Notes under the pieces: model-generated
What the model saw: the letters and a program-made list of their open reading frames with translations, nothing else
Databases searched by the model: none
What the model was told of the DNA's origin: nothing
Sequence record: NC_073086.1
Direction: 5' to 3' (one strand)
Origin: Escherichia phage vB_EcoS_L-h 1M
DNA length: 45,204 bases
Position numbers and translations under genes: made by a program
In this document: positions 1 to 8,590 of the stretch, piece by piece
Position numbering within the stretch: the stretch's first letter is position 1
Layout: each line of letters begins with the position of its first letter

Positions 1-1083
1 ACCCAACGCAACGCCGTGCGGAAATTTCTTCTTAAGACGTGCCAGGTCATGCTTGTACTGATACGCAACGAGCAACGGCGCACCGTTCAACTCCTCCACG
101 ATACTTTCCAGCGCGTCCAGCTTCGCGTCGTGAATCTTCACCCACTCGTCGGTCCGTTCGCCGTCTTCGTCCACCTTATACACGGCACCGGACGCAAGCT
201 GAAGGCACTTGATGGTCTTCGACGCAGCGTTCGCCGCCTCTACGGTCCCGCTTTCCAGTTCTGCAAATAGCTCCGCTTCAAACTGATCGTAAATCTTGCG
301 GGCTTTCTTCGGCAGGTCCACAACAACCGGCGTATAGATTGGCTTGTCGCATCCGAAGTATTCAGCCGCGTCAACGGTTAGTGATACGTCAGACAGGCGT
401 TGTTGTATTTCTTTCTCGGAGTTCTTTAGCGGAGCGTGCTGCATCGTGAAGCTGCCAGGCTTAACAGGCTTGCTAATGAACCAGCGATCGGTGAATGCCT
501 TATAGCTACTGCCGAGGCGTTCGCCACCGTCGACAAACCACGTCTGACCCCATAAGTCTTTCAGCCCGTTTGGTGCTGGTGTGCCTGTAAGGTTAATCCA
601 GCGCTTGACGTGTTTATGTGCAATCGCTGCCAGTGCGCGGGCGCGCTTGCTCCCCTGCTTGCTACGATAGCCTTTCAGCTTAGTCGATTCATCGGCAACA
701 ACGACCGTAAAGGGCCACGCATCGCCGTAATATTCGACCAGCCACTCGACCACATCGTAGTTAACACAAACCACGTTAGCGTCGCTATCAAGCGCGGCAA
801 TACGGTCCTTCTCCGGTCCGGTGCCGTCTACGACCAGCAGGGATGAGAACCGCCATTTCTCCTGTTCCGGGGGCCATGTACCCGACGCAACACGCAGCGG
901 GGCCAGCACCAGTACGCGGTCCTCATGATGGGACAGGACGCCAGTCTGGAACATTTTATTCAGCGCCCACATTGTCGCTCCGGTTTTACCGGATCCCATT
1001 GTCGCCCAGATATTACATCGCTTATGCTTGAGGATGAACGCGGTTATCAACTTCTGATATTCGCGGCGTCGGAATCGTGCCAT
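1..1083 (-). CDS. SNF2/DEAD-like helicase, N-terminal ATPase part (runs off window start; 3' part at 44748..45204)
   Basis: ATG at 1081-1083 (rc); rc translation of 961-1020 gives Walker A 'ATMGSGKTGATMWAL'; open frame to position 1. Confidence 0.7.
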   Translation of the reverse strand, partial: MARFRRREYQKLITAFILKHKRCNIWATMGSGKTGATMWALNKMFQTGVLSHHEDRVLVLAPLRVASGTWPPEQEKWRFSSLLVVDGTGPEKDRIAALDSDANVVCVNYDVVEWLVEYYGDAWPFTVVVADESTKLKGYRSKQGSKRARALAAIAHKHVKRWINLTGTPAPNGLKDLWGQTWFVDGGERLGSSYKAFTDRWFISKPVKPGSFTMQHAPLKNSEKEIQQRLSDVSLTVDAAEYFGCDKPIYTPVVVDLPKKARKIYDQFEAELFAELESGTVEAANAASKTIKCLQLASGAVYKVDEDGERTDEWVKIHDAKLDALESIVEELNGAPLLVAYQYKHDLARLKKKFPHGVALG

Positions 1084-1087
1084 ATCT

Positions 1088-1306
1088 TTATTCCGCCTTT
1101 TTCCAGACTTCGGTTTCACTGTTCCAGTTCCTTTTTGTGGCGTCGTAGTTGGTGGCGTGTCCGATGTGGACNCCAGTAGCCCGGAAGCTCTTAAATTTTT
1201 NCCAGCACACCGNCAACGGCAGNGGGTAATTCATGCCAGCAATAAACCACACGCGATCNCCCGGTTTACATTCGCCCAGCTTGGTGAGTCGGTAATGTTC
1301 TTTCAT
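1088..1306 (-). CDS. hypothetical small protein (contains ambiguous bases)
   Basis: ORF-track frame; internal ATG at 1304-1306 (rc) preceded by AGGAG; 5 N calls inside. Confidence 0.3.
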   Translation of the reverse strand: MKEHYRLTKLGECKPXDRVWFIAGMNYXLPLXVCWXKFKSFRATXVHIGHATNYDATKRNWNSETEVWKKAE

Positions 1307-1349
1307 CGTCATGTCTCCTAAAAATGGCGGGACAAGCCCGCCGTATTGA

Positions 1350-1523
1350 TTATTCTTGTTCTGCGCGATAGCGGCGCTGCCGTTCGCGCTCTTTCTTATT
1401 GCGGCACGACTTGCACTCGGCCCGATGCCCGTCCGGGCTGCGCGCAGTCTTACCGGTGTATTTGTGGAACTGGGACAGCGGCTTGATGCAGCCGCAATTA
1501 CTGCAACGTTTTTCTTCAATCAT
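1350..1523 (-). CDS. small zinc-ribbon protein
   Basis: CxxC...CxxC pattern 'CSNCGC...CKSCRNKK'; ATG at 1521-1523 (rc) with AGGA 8 nt upstream. Confidence 0.5.
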   Translation of the reverse strand: MIEEKRCSNCGCIKPLSQFHKYTGKTARSPDGHRAECKSCRNKKERERQRRYRAEQE

Positions 1524-1563
1524 TTCTAAAATCCTCGATAGTGCTAACCGGCACACTATACCG

Positions 1564-1842
1564 TTACGCGACCAATTCAGCAACCAATATATCACAGTCG
1601 GCTATGTTGTCGATAACGCGAACGTCCGCACCGCGGCGGGCCATTCGTTCATGTTCACGTACCTGGTGCGGCTTCGGTTTTCCTCCGGGGCGCTTCACTT
1701 CGACGAACACTATTTTGCCGTTGATGATAATAATCAGGTCGGGCGCACCCGCGCGCCCCTCCCATGCCAGTTTTCGGCAGAATCCGCCGACCTCTTTAAC
1801 CCGCTTCATCAGGTGACTCTGCACCTTGCCTTCGGGGGTCAT
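1564..1842 (-). CDS. VRR-NUC domain nuclease
   Basis: motifs 'GAPDLIIIINGKIVFVEVKRPGGKP' typical of VRR-NUC PD-(D/E)XK fold. Confidence 0.7.
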   Translation of the reverse strand: MTPEGKVQSHLMKRVKEVGGFCRKLAWEGRAGAPDLIIIINGKIVFVEVKRPGGKPKPHQVREHERMARRGADVRVIDNIADCDILVAELVA

Positions 1843-2030
1843 TTGTTTTGCAATTCCACGTTACGCAGGCGGAGGTCTACCGGCACATCCGATCGACCGG
1901 TTACCGCCAGCGCCAGGTTTTCAGGAGTAACAAGTGCCGTAATGGTCTTGCCACGTTCCAGTCTAATGACGATTCGAATCTCGTCATTGTCCGTCGCGCC
2001 CGCGCGCATTATGCTCATTTCTGCTTTCAT
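1839..2030 (-). CDS. hypothetical protein
   Basis: ORF-track frame, start moved to ATG 2028-2030 (rc) with AGGAAA RBS; avoids overlap with polymerase stop. Confidence 0.4.
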   Translation of the reverse strand: MKAEMSIMRAGATDNDEIRIVIRLERGKTITALVTPENLALAVTGRSDVPVDLRLRNVELQNK

Positions 2031-2034
2031 AATA

Positions 2035-4326
2035 TTATTTCCTGTACCTGTACATAATGTCGCCTTCCGCGGCAAGCGGGAAGCCTTTCGCCCAAATAGG
2101 CAGGTCGCACATCAGCGCGCATAGCTCCTCGGTCGTGTAATCGTCAGTATCCGGCACTTCGGTGATCAGTTCATCGTGTACGGACAGTACGATCTCATAT
2201 CCCGCAGCTTCAACGCCCGGCATGGACCATGCGAGGATATCGCGACACAGCGCCTGCACGATGTTTTCCGTGAGTTTTCCGCCGTAGGTGTACTGGGATC
2301 CCCACTGGCGCGTCGTCTGATTCTCACCCTGATATTTAATGCGGGTGCTGGTGCGTTTCTTGCCGGTATCTTCGTCGATCTCGGTCGTCACTGACAGCGC
2401 AATGCCTGGATAACTCATAATACGCCCCGACGGCAACTCAATTTTCAACCACCACCCCGCGGCGTTCGGGTCGTCGCGTTCCTCGTCGAAGGTTGGGTCA
2501 TGCTTCGCCTTCGTGCGGACTATCTTGAGCGCTTTCTTACCATCCGGGCGAACGTTCGCGCCAGCCCAGTACGCTTTGCCAGGATTGCGGATTGCACACA
2601 ACACCGCGTCCTCAAGCTCGGCCCAAAAGGCTACCGTCTTCGGGTGAGCCTCGCGCCACATGCGTTTAATCGCATCACACGTAAGCCATACGTTTTTCGG
2701 CAGTATGTAAGTCGGGCGCTCGTCCTTCTTGCCCGGCTTCGGCGGTCGCTTCGCTTCGTTAATGCGGGCATATTCATAACCACGTTTCGCCGCCGCCCAA
2801 ATGTGATCGGGGAATGTGCCCTTCATCACGTCAGCCATCGCATAAAGGTCGAGGCCCAGGTTTTTAGCGAACTGCAAGAACGCAGCCACGCCGCCGCCGT
2901 AGCCCAGGCCCAACTCACACGCCTTACCAATCTGGCGTAAGTCCTTGCGGTTGGCTTTAATGTATTCCGGGTCAAGGCCAAACATCTTACCGGCAGTTTC
3001 ACAATAAATATCGCGACCGGCCCTAAACACCATGAGCGCTGTTTTCTCGCCAGCGATCCAGGCAAGGCCGCGCCCTTCCACGTTGGAGTAGTCCGCAACG
3101 ACAAACTTCTTGCCCTTCGCCGGAATAATGCACCCGCGAACGGTCGAGGCCGTTAGCTTCGATATGTCATACGCCCAGTGTGCGGTCCCGCGTAACAGGG
3201 AGTTGATGCCGTTGGTGAGCATGTGCGACCGCACCCAAAAAGATATATCGCTCTCGCCCTCGCGGCGCTTAATCTTCCCTTCGTGGTCGTCGCTATACTC
3301 GCCACGCGCCAGGTTTTGCGGCTGGAAGCCTTTACCGGCCCAGCGTAGCGTGCGCTTTGCCCCACCATACTGAAGACAACCACGGCGGCGACCATCGGCG
3401 GACAGGCCATTTACGAGCGGATTGTACTTAGTCGATGCCGTTGATGACGCTCCGAGGCGCATCTCGATAAGCACTTTGCCTTCATCGGGGAAGTCTGGAT
3501 CTTCCAGCAGGTCGTTAAGCGTGGATTTCTGCGCGTTGTGGATTGTGAACGCAGGCGCGAGGTCACGCAGCGCTGGCAGGAAGTCATTGCCGGTCAGCTT
3601 ACCGCCGAAGCGCTCCCATGCTTCTTCCTTCAATTCTTCCTTATGCGCCTGTACCGCTTTGATCGCAGCGCGCGCCAGGTCGACGTCTACATAGAAGCCG
3701 CGGTCATTAATCAACTGGTCAATAAGCAGGATTTCGTCTTCCTTCGGCGTGTTACCCCAGTCCGGTATGCGCCAATAGACTTCACGCATCGCGACAATAT
3801 CCAGCGCAGCATAGCGCAGGAATTTAGCCCACTCCTCTGGGTGCGTCTCGCGCGTGTAGCGTCGGATTTTGTAGGTCCTAGGGGTAGGCTTACAGAATCG
3901 TTTAATCAGCGCCTTGCCTGCCTTATCCTTCGCGTGCTCTGCATCAACGCCCAGCACCTGGCACTGCATATCGAGGCTACCAGGCAACGCGTGTCGGAAG
4001 GCCATAACCATGGTGTCTTCGATCTGGCACACTGGCAAGTCAATACCCCACTTTTCGCGAATAACCAGGCGGTCAAACAGGAGGCCGTTAGCCATCACGA
4101 TTTTTGCTTTCTTGCGGGATACCTGGCGGAGCGCCTTGCGCAGTTCACGCGGCATTGTAGGGGATTCGGTGCAATCCCATGTCTGTACGCGGCCCTCGTC
4201 GATGGCGTAGGTGCAGATCATAATCTCGGTTGTCGGGTGCTCCGCGTAGGCGTATGCGCCCACTTTCTTCAGGTCTACCCCGCTAAATGTCTCGGTATCG
4301 AGAAACAGGCGTTCGAAGTCTTTCAT
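2035..4326 (-). CDS. family A DNA polymerase (Pol I-like) with 3'-5' exonuclease domain
   Basis: 763 aa; exo motif 'LDTETFSG'; pol motif A 'ADYSNVEGR', motif B 'RKDLRQIGKACELGLGYGGG', motif C 'VHDELI'. Confidence 0.9.
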   Translation of the reverse strand: MKDFERLFLDTETFSGVDLKKVGAYAYAEHPTTEIMICTYAIDEGRVQTWDCTESPTMPRELRKALRQVSRKKAKIVMANGLLFDRLVIREKWGIDLPVCQIEDTMVMAFRHALPGSLDMQCQVLGVDAEHAKDKAGKALIKRFCKPTPRTYKIRRYTRETHPEEWAKFLRYAALDIVAMREVYWRIPDWGNTPKEDEILLIDQLINDRGFYVDVDLARAAIKAVQAHKEELKEEAWERFGGKLTGNDFLPALRDLAPAFTIHNAQKSTLNDLLEDPDFPDEGKVLIEMRLGASSTASTKYNPLVNGLSADGRRRGCLQYGGAKRTLRWAGKGFQPQNLARGEYSDDHEGKIKRREGESDISFWVRSHMLTNGINSLLRGTAHWAYDISKLTASTVRGCIIPAKGKKFVVADYSNVEGRGLAWIAGEKTALMVFRAGRDIYCETAGKMFGLDPEYIKANRKDLRQIGKACELGLGYGGGVAAFLQFAKNLGLDLYAMADVMKGTFPDHIWAAAKRGYEYARINEAKRPPKPGKKDERPTYILPKNVWLTCDAIKRMWREAHPKTVAFWAELEDAVLCAIRNPGKAYWAGANVRPDGKKALKIVRTKAKHDPTFDEERDDPNAAGWWLKIELPSGRIMSYPGIALSVTTEIDEDTGKKRTSTRIKYQGENQTTRQWGSQYTYGGKLTENIVQALCRDILAWSMPGVEAAGYEIVLSVHDELITEVPDTDDYTTEELCALMCDLPIWAKGFPLAAEGDIMYRYRK

Positions 4327-4493
4327 TGCTTTATCCTCACTACGGCGTCAGCGCTGCCGATCATGGAGAAGATGCCGTCTGACAGGGCGATCTCTTCGCC
4401 ATTGTTGCGAATCTCTGCAACTGTAAAATATTCACCCAGTACCTTGGGCCATACCTGCATTCCGACTTTCACTTCGCTGGCTTTAATACGCAT
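4323..4493 (-). CDS. small hypothetical protein, translationally coupled to polymerase
   Basis: 56-aa C-terminal part of ORF 4323..4901; ATG 4491-4493 (rc) with AGGA RBS; stop overlaps pol start. Confidence 0.35.
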   Translation of the reverse strand: MRIKASEVKVGMQVWPKVLGEYFTVAEIRNNGEEIALSDGIFSMIGSADAVVRIKQ

Positions 4494-4506
4494 TTTTCGT
4501 TGTCCT

Positions 4507-4532
4507 ATTAAAAAGCCCGCATTAAGCGGGCT
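4507..4532 (-). terminator. rho-independent terminator
   Basis: stem AGCCCGC / GCGGGCT, loop ATTAA, T-tract on minus strand; after SSB-like gene. Confidence 0.55.
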
Positions 4533-4551
4533 TGAATAGTGGGCTTTGCCC

Positions 4552-5337
4552 TTAACGGCGGCGACGTTTACGTGGTGCTTCGTCTTCGTCGTCTTCGTCC
4601 TCATCTTCGTCATCGCGTGGCTTACGACGTTTACGAGGTTTCTCATCTTCGTCGTCTTCGTCGTCATCGCGGCGCTTGGACTTTTTGGACTTGCGCGGCT
4701 TGTCGTCCTCATCATCGTCATCACGACGTTTTGACTTCTTAGCCTTGCGCGGGCTTTCGTCTTCGTCGTCGTTGTCCAGGTCTTCGTCGGAACATGAAGA
4801 CCCGCCACCTCCGAAGGCTTCGCCGTCTTCACGGAATCGCAGACCCAGCAAGCCCGCCCCGAGTCCCTTGCCGTTGGTATTGTTCCACGCCCAAATATCA
4901 AGTGACACGTTGCAATAACAACCGGAGTAGATCTCCTGGCCTTCGATCTCGTCGCCTTCTACGGTCAGACCTTGTTCAGTCTGCTTCTCGCCGAGTGACG
5001 TTTGAATGATAGGCTGTTTGAACGATTTGGCGTTGATATACAACATGCCTTCGAATTCTTCGGTAACTTCATCGCGCTCGTCGCCGTCGCGAACTGCACA
5101 TTCCTTAGAATCCTGGGCGTAGTGGCGGTCCATCCACTTATCGGCATTCTTCTCAGATTTCAGCTTGTCGGTGAGCACTGCACGCGCTGCCGCTTCCACT
5201 TTGTCCACCTGCGGATCTTCTTTATCAAGAAGAATCACGGCACGGTATGCCGGTTTTTGTCCATCCTGTTTAGGGGTATCACGTTCCCAAATTTTCAGGA
5301 AGCATACGCGCACATTTTTCAGGTTGACTTTAGCCAT
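4552..5337 (-). CDS. ssDNA-binding-like protein (DUF2815-type) with alternating acidic/basic C-terminal repeats
   Basis: N-terminus 'MAKVNLKNVRVCF'; start ATG 5335-5337 (rc) with GAGGA RBS; C-terminal (D/E)n-PRK-(K/R)n repeated 4x. Confidence 0.55.
   Translation of the reverse strand: MAKVNLKNVRVCFLKIWERDTPKQDGQKPAYRAVILLDKEDPQVDKVEAAARAVLTDKLKSEKNADKWMDRHYAQDSKECAVRDGDERDEVTEEFEGMLYINAKSFKQPIIQTSLGEKQTEQGLTVEGDEIEGQEIYSGCYCNVSLDIWAWNNTNGKGLGAGLLGLRFREDGEAFGGGGSSCSDEDLDNDDEDESPRKAKKSKRRDDDDEDDKPRKSKKSKRRDDDEDDEDEKPRKRRKPRDDEDEDEDDEDEAPRKRRRR
4560..4800. repeat. degenerate ~60-bp tandem repeats encoding charged tail of SSB-like protein
   Basis: repeated CGTCTTCGTCnTCATC...GCGnGGCTT units; protein level acidic block + PRK + basic block x4. 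Confidence 0.45.
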
Positions 5338-5427
5338 TTTCCAATTCCTCATTTTCACATGTATCGGGGTTATTGTGAGCCACCCCGTCCGGCTTGGTTG
5401 CTAATCTACTTGGTTGCGCCTGAGNGG

Positions 5428-5670
5428 TCAAGCGTTTTTATTAAAAAGATTTCGTGTCACGTAGTTGGTGGCGTTCTCGATCCAGCTTAACGGCGGGCGG
5501 TCGATGTTCTTCGCGATCCACGCCACGGCATGGTCGCTGTAACCATCGTCCAGCCATTGGGTTGGATGACGAATCATCCAGGCCACCATTAAGACGCCTT
5601 GCACGCAATGCAGGATAAAGCCCAGCGCGCCGAGCAAAAACATCAATAAGATTGCGAATACTTTATTCAT
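5428..5670 (-). CDS. small membrane protein
   Basis: 80 aa, N-terminal hydrophobic helix 'VFAILLMFLLGALGFILHCV'; AGGA RBS. Confidence 0.4.
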   Translation of the reverse strand: MNKVFAILLMFLLGALGFILHCVQGVLMVAWMIRHPTQWLDDGYSDHAVAWIAKNIDRPPLSWIENATNYVTRNLFNKNA

Positions 5671-7093
5671 TGCTTAAGTCCTCGTCAGTAGCTACAGACC
5701 ACGCAGGGCGCGGGTCGTCGATGGGTGCTAATACCGGTTTAGCGGGTGCGCGCGTGATTTTATCACACAACTTTGCCCACACTTTCGGCTTCTCGTCCTT
5801 CAATACCTTCTCGGCATCAGTAGGGCTGAGTAATGTTTCTTTGTACATCACGTCGCGCTTGATCCGGGCCTTCGTGAAGATCTCAATCACTTCGCTCTCG
5901 TCCGCCCACTTGCGGATTCCTTCCTTACCGGCAACCATCTTGAGGCCCAGCGATTCGCCATCACCCGCCATTACGGCCTTGAACACCGCGGACTCGATAG
6001 CCTTGATGTGCTGGCGCATTGCGTCAAGACCTTCATAAGCCTTGCGNAGTTCCNCCNCGCNCANAGCGCNGGGGGNCGCTTNTTTNTTNCCCCNCTTCNC
6101 NCGNNGNGCCGCTTTGNGGGCTTNGNGGGCCATATTGNGGTCGTGATTGGCGCATTCTTCCTCTGTCGAAATACTCACGTCGTCGCCCAGGTCTTCGTCT
6201 GTTGCCGTTGGTGGGGCCATAGTGTCGATTGCAGCCTTAGCGCGGGCGCTACACTGATCCGCAAATCTGCACCATTGACACGCATCAACGCTCGGTCGGA
6301 AGTCGGCACGGGTGAGTCCCTTTTTGCCGCGGTCGTACGCTTCCAGGGCGGCGATAGCACGCTTGGACGCAAACTTCGCGAATATCTCCAGGGCTTCTAC
6401 CGAAATATCCCACTCCGACGCCCCGCCGCAATACGGCTGGAAGATAACCAGGCGCACGGTCGTAATGTCGTACATAGTTTTCAGCTTGCGCAGCAGGCCC
6501 AGCGCATACAACATAAGCTGTTTGTTTTCTTTCGCCTCGACCTTATGCCGCCCCGTCTTCAGGTCGCCAACAATCAGCATGTACGTGCCGTCGGTCTTCT
6601 TCATGACCATGACCATATCCGCAGTGCCGAACGTCTTAACCCGGTTGCCGTCGATCTCGAAGCCAGAGTGTAGGACGCGGGTAAGATCGGCGCGCATCTC
6701 AAGCTGAACAAACTCCGCCACTTCGAGGAGCGGTCGCCAGTGGTCGATGTATGCGTCGCACTGTTTCACCATGTCGTCGTTGACCAGCACGCCGCCTTTC
6801 GGTGCTTTCGGGTGCGCCTTCACCGGCCCCTTACCTTCGTTCTCGACGTAACACCCTTTGTACGTCTTCGCGGTTATCAGCTTTTCACCGGCGATAATGC
6901 GGTTGAGCACGACTTCAGATACAGTGTGCATACTCGTACCGTTAATCGCCGCTTGCCCGGATTCGTTCGGGATACCTTGTTCTACCACCAGGGCGGCTGG
7001 GCAACCCATCCATTTTTTAGCACCGGATGGGCCGAGTAATGAATGCTCCGTGTTGCTACCGGATTGCGTTTTACGTTTTGGTTTAATCGCCAT
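5663..7093 (-). CDS. PD-(D/E)XK Cas4-like exonuclease (DUF2800-type)
   Basis: 'GTADMVMV...GDLKTGRH' nuclease motifs, C-terminal Cys cluster 'CQWCRFADQC'; N-run 6047-6130 inside. Confidence 0.6.
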   Translation of the reverse strand: MAIKPKRKTQSGSNTEHSLLGPSGAKKWMGCPAALVVEQGIPNESGQAAINGTSMHTVSEVVLNRIIAGEKLITAKTYKGCYVENEGKGPVKAHPKAPKGGVLVNDDMVKQCDAYIDHWRPLLEVAEFVQLEMRADLTRVLHSGFEIDGNRVKTFGTADMVMVMKKTDGTYMLIVGDLKTGRHKVEAKENKQLMLYALGLLRKLKTMYDITTVRLVIFQPYCGGASEWDISVEALEIFAKFASKRAIAALEAYDRGKKGLTRADFRPSVDACQWCRFADQCSARAKAAIDTMAPPTATDEDLGDDVSISTEEECANHDXNMAXXAXKAXXXXKXXXKXAXPXAXXXXEXRKAYEGLDAMRQHIKAIESAVFKAVMAGDGESLGLKMVAGKEGIRKWADESEVIEIFTKARIKRDVMYKETLLSPTDAEKVLKDEKPKVWAKLCDKITRAPAKPVLAPIDDPRPAWSVATDEDLSNE

Positions 7094-7281
7094 TATTCCA
7101 CCCTTGAAAATTGAGCAATGTAATAGTCGTGTTTAACATTGGCCCGCTTCGCGGCTTCGTTCATGGTAGCCGCCAAACCTCTGGCTTGAGTCCAGCAGCA
7201 ATTCCAGTTCTGATTCATAACGATTTCGGGTTGCTCATCGCCGGTAATACGGCAGCGAAATAAAACGAAAAATATAGCCAT
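7093..7281 (-). CDS. hypothetical protein
   Basis: ORF track; stop/start overlap with downstream nuclease gene. Confidence 0.3.
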   Translation of the reverse strand: MAIFFVLFRCRITGDEQPEIVMNQNWNCCWTQARGLAATMNEAAKRANVKHDYYIAQFSRVE

Positions 7282-7533
7282 TTATTTTGTCTCCCAGCGG
7301 TCAATTGTTTTTGCTTCGGATGCAACGGCGAAGCGAACAAATTCCAGATTGGAATCCGCCCAAATATAAAAGTCGGGGTTAGTAAAAGTGGTGCGCTTAA
7401 TTTGCGCGGGTGTGTTGCGGCGTTTGTCTATTACGGCAACGCGGGACTGAAAATTGCCGATGCGTTCGAATAGCCAATAATATGGGCGCTGGTCGCGGGA
7501 GTCCACCGCCTCGATTAGCGTGAAACGTGCCAT
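7282..7533 (-). CDS. hypothetical protein
   Basis: ORF track; ATG 7531-7533 (rc) with AGAGGA RBS directly after terminator T-tract. Confidence 0.35.
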   Translation of the reverse strand: MARFTLIEAVDSRDQRPYYWLFERIGNFQSRVAVIDKRRNTPAQIKRTTFTNPDFYIWADSNLEFVRFAVASEAKTIDRWETK

Positions 7534-7544
7534 TGTCTCGTCCT

Positions 7545-7573
7545 CTAAAAAGAGGCCCGCAGATTAGCGGGCC
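7545..7573 (-). terminator. rho-independent terminator
   Basis: stem GGCCCGC / GCGGGCC then T-tract on minus strand, immediately before RBS of 7282..7533. Confidence 0.5.
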
Positions 7574-7711
7574 GGATAATATTAGTCTTCTCCGCCGAGT
7601 TGTTTATAAACTTCGTCCGGGTCGTCGCCTCTTTCTTCGCAGAAGGCGGTGAATGCCGCCCAGTTTTCTGCTATGAAATCGAGCGTGATTCTCATTTCAT
7701 AGTCCATGATA

Positions 7712-8221
7712 TTAGTCTTCCAGTTCGAAATAGGTTTCGACGATTTCTTTCAGATCTTTGTGGAAATCTTCCACGTCGTCATCTTCCAGCTTGGCGATTG
7801 ATTTGATCTCGAACGCTTCCAGCAGGTCGTCAAATTCGTCGTTCGCATCGTCATCATCACCGCCTGCGATAATCGCGGCATACTGTTTGATTTCGTCGCG
7901 CATCTCTGCCAGCGGGTCGGCATCTTTCTTACCTTTGCCTTTCGCTGGTGCTTTTTTACCCTTCGCCGGTTTTTCGTCTTCGGCTTCATCGTCGTCATCT
8001 TCTACGACTTCTTTTTTGGCCTTACCTTTCGCCGTGGCTTTTTTACCTTTCGCCGGTGCTTCGTCTTCAGCGTCGTCATCTTCTACGACTTCTTTTTTGG
8101 CCTTAGCTGGCTTTTTATCTTCCTGCTTACCAACGGCAGCGCCCACGGTTTCATAATGTTTTGCGATGATTTCCAGTGCTACTACGCCGCGAGTGATCAG
8201 GTTTACGATTTGCTCAAACAT
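7712..8221 (-). CDS. highly acidic, lysine-rich repeat protein
   Basis: start at ATG 8219-8221 (rc) with GGAGA RBS; 'KPAKGKK...EVVEDDDDEAEDE' repeats from ~80-bp tandem DNA repeat. Confidence 0.45.
   Translation of the reverse strand: MFEQIVNLITRGVVALEIIAKHYETVGAAVGKQEDKKPAKAKKEVVEDDDAEDEAPAKGKKATAKGKAKKEVVEDDDDEAEDEKPAKGKKAPAKGKGKKDADPLAEMRDEIKQYAAIIAGGDDDDANDEFDDLLEAFEIKSIAKLEDDDVEDFHKDLKEIVETYFELED
7925..8110. repeat. tandem ~80-bp repeat inside acidic protein gene
   Basis: units beginning CGTCGTCATCTTCTACGACTTCTTTTTTGGCCTTA at 7991 and 8071. Confidence 0.5.
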
Positions 8222-8446
8222 GGTGTATCTCCGATTGGTTAAGTTTAGGTGTCGACCATTAACTTCGTCGGTGGCCTTAACATAGTGCCCGGTTGCGCGT
8301 TCTCCCTTTCGGGTAGTGGACCGGGTTATATAATCACGGTTGGGAATCCTGACACTTCGATCCGGCCCCTGCGTTGCCCCTCTCCAGTTTGCTTCCTGCA
8401 TCCTGTCGACGAGGTGAATGATAGATTGGTTGCAGATGGGTGTCAA

Positions 8447-8480
8447 CAACTAATTTAAAAAAAAAGCGCCGAGGCAAAAT
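8447..8480 (-). terminator. hairpin with 9-nt A/T tract (terminator-like, minus orientation)
   Basis: A9 then GCGCCG...CGGCGC stem with 13-nt loop; lies in divergent control region. Confidence 0.3.
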
Positions 8481-8561
8481 GCACCGGCGCTAACCAATAA
8501 GAGACAATGAGACGGGAATTATTATTACACGCGTGCGCGACCGTTTCAATATCCAAAGGAT

Positions 8562-8590
8562 TTGACACCGTGCAGTTTTGGGTGTAGTTT
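8562..8590 (+). promoter_or_regulatory. sigma70-like early rightward promoter
   Basis: TTGACA (8562-8567) - 17 bp - TAGTTT (8585-8590), ~30 bp upstream of ATG 8622. Confidence 0.5.

Noticed and set aside
16-1031. Plus-strand ORFs 16..270, 610..846, 843..1031, 925..1179
   Set aside because: They lie antisense to and inside the helicase gene (Walker A on minus strand), lack convincing RBS, and are typical shadow ORFs.
4323-4901. 192-aa minus-strand ORF overlapping the SSB-like gene
   Set aside because: Most of it is an alternative frame through the charged-tail repeat; only the C-terminal 56 codons downstream of the SSB stop, with their own RBS, were kept.
7712-8449. Long N-terminal extensions given by the ORF track (also 26938..27663, 43398..43859, 22479..22844, 16572..17222)
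   Set aside because: The extensions run through promoter, terminator or hairpin sequence and lack RBS; internal ATG/GTG with good Shine-Dalgarno spacing were chosen.
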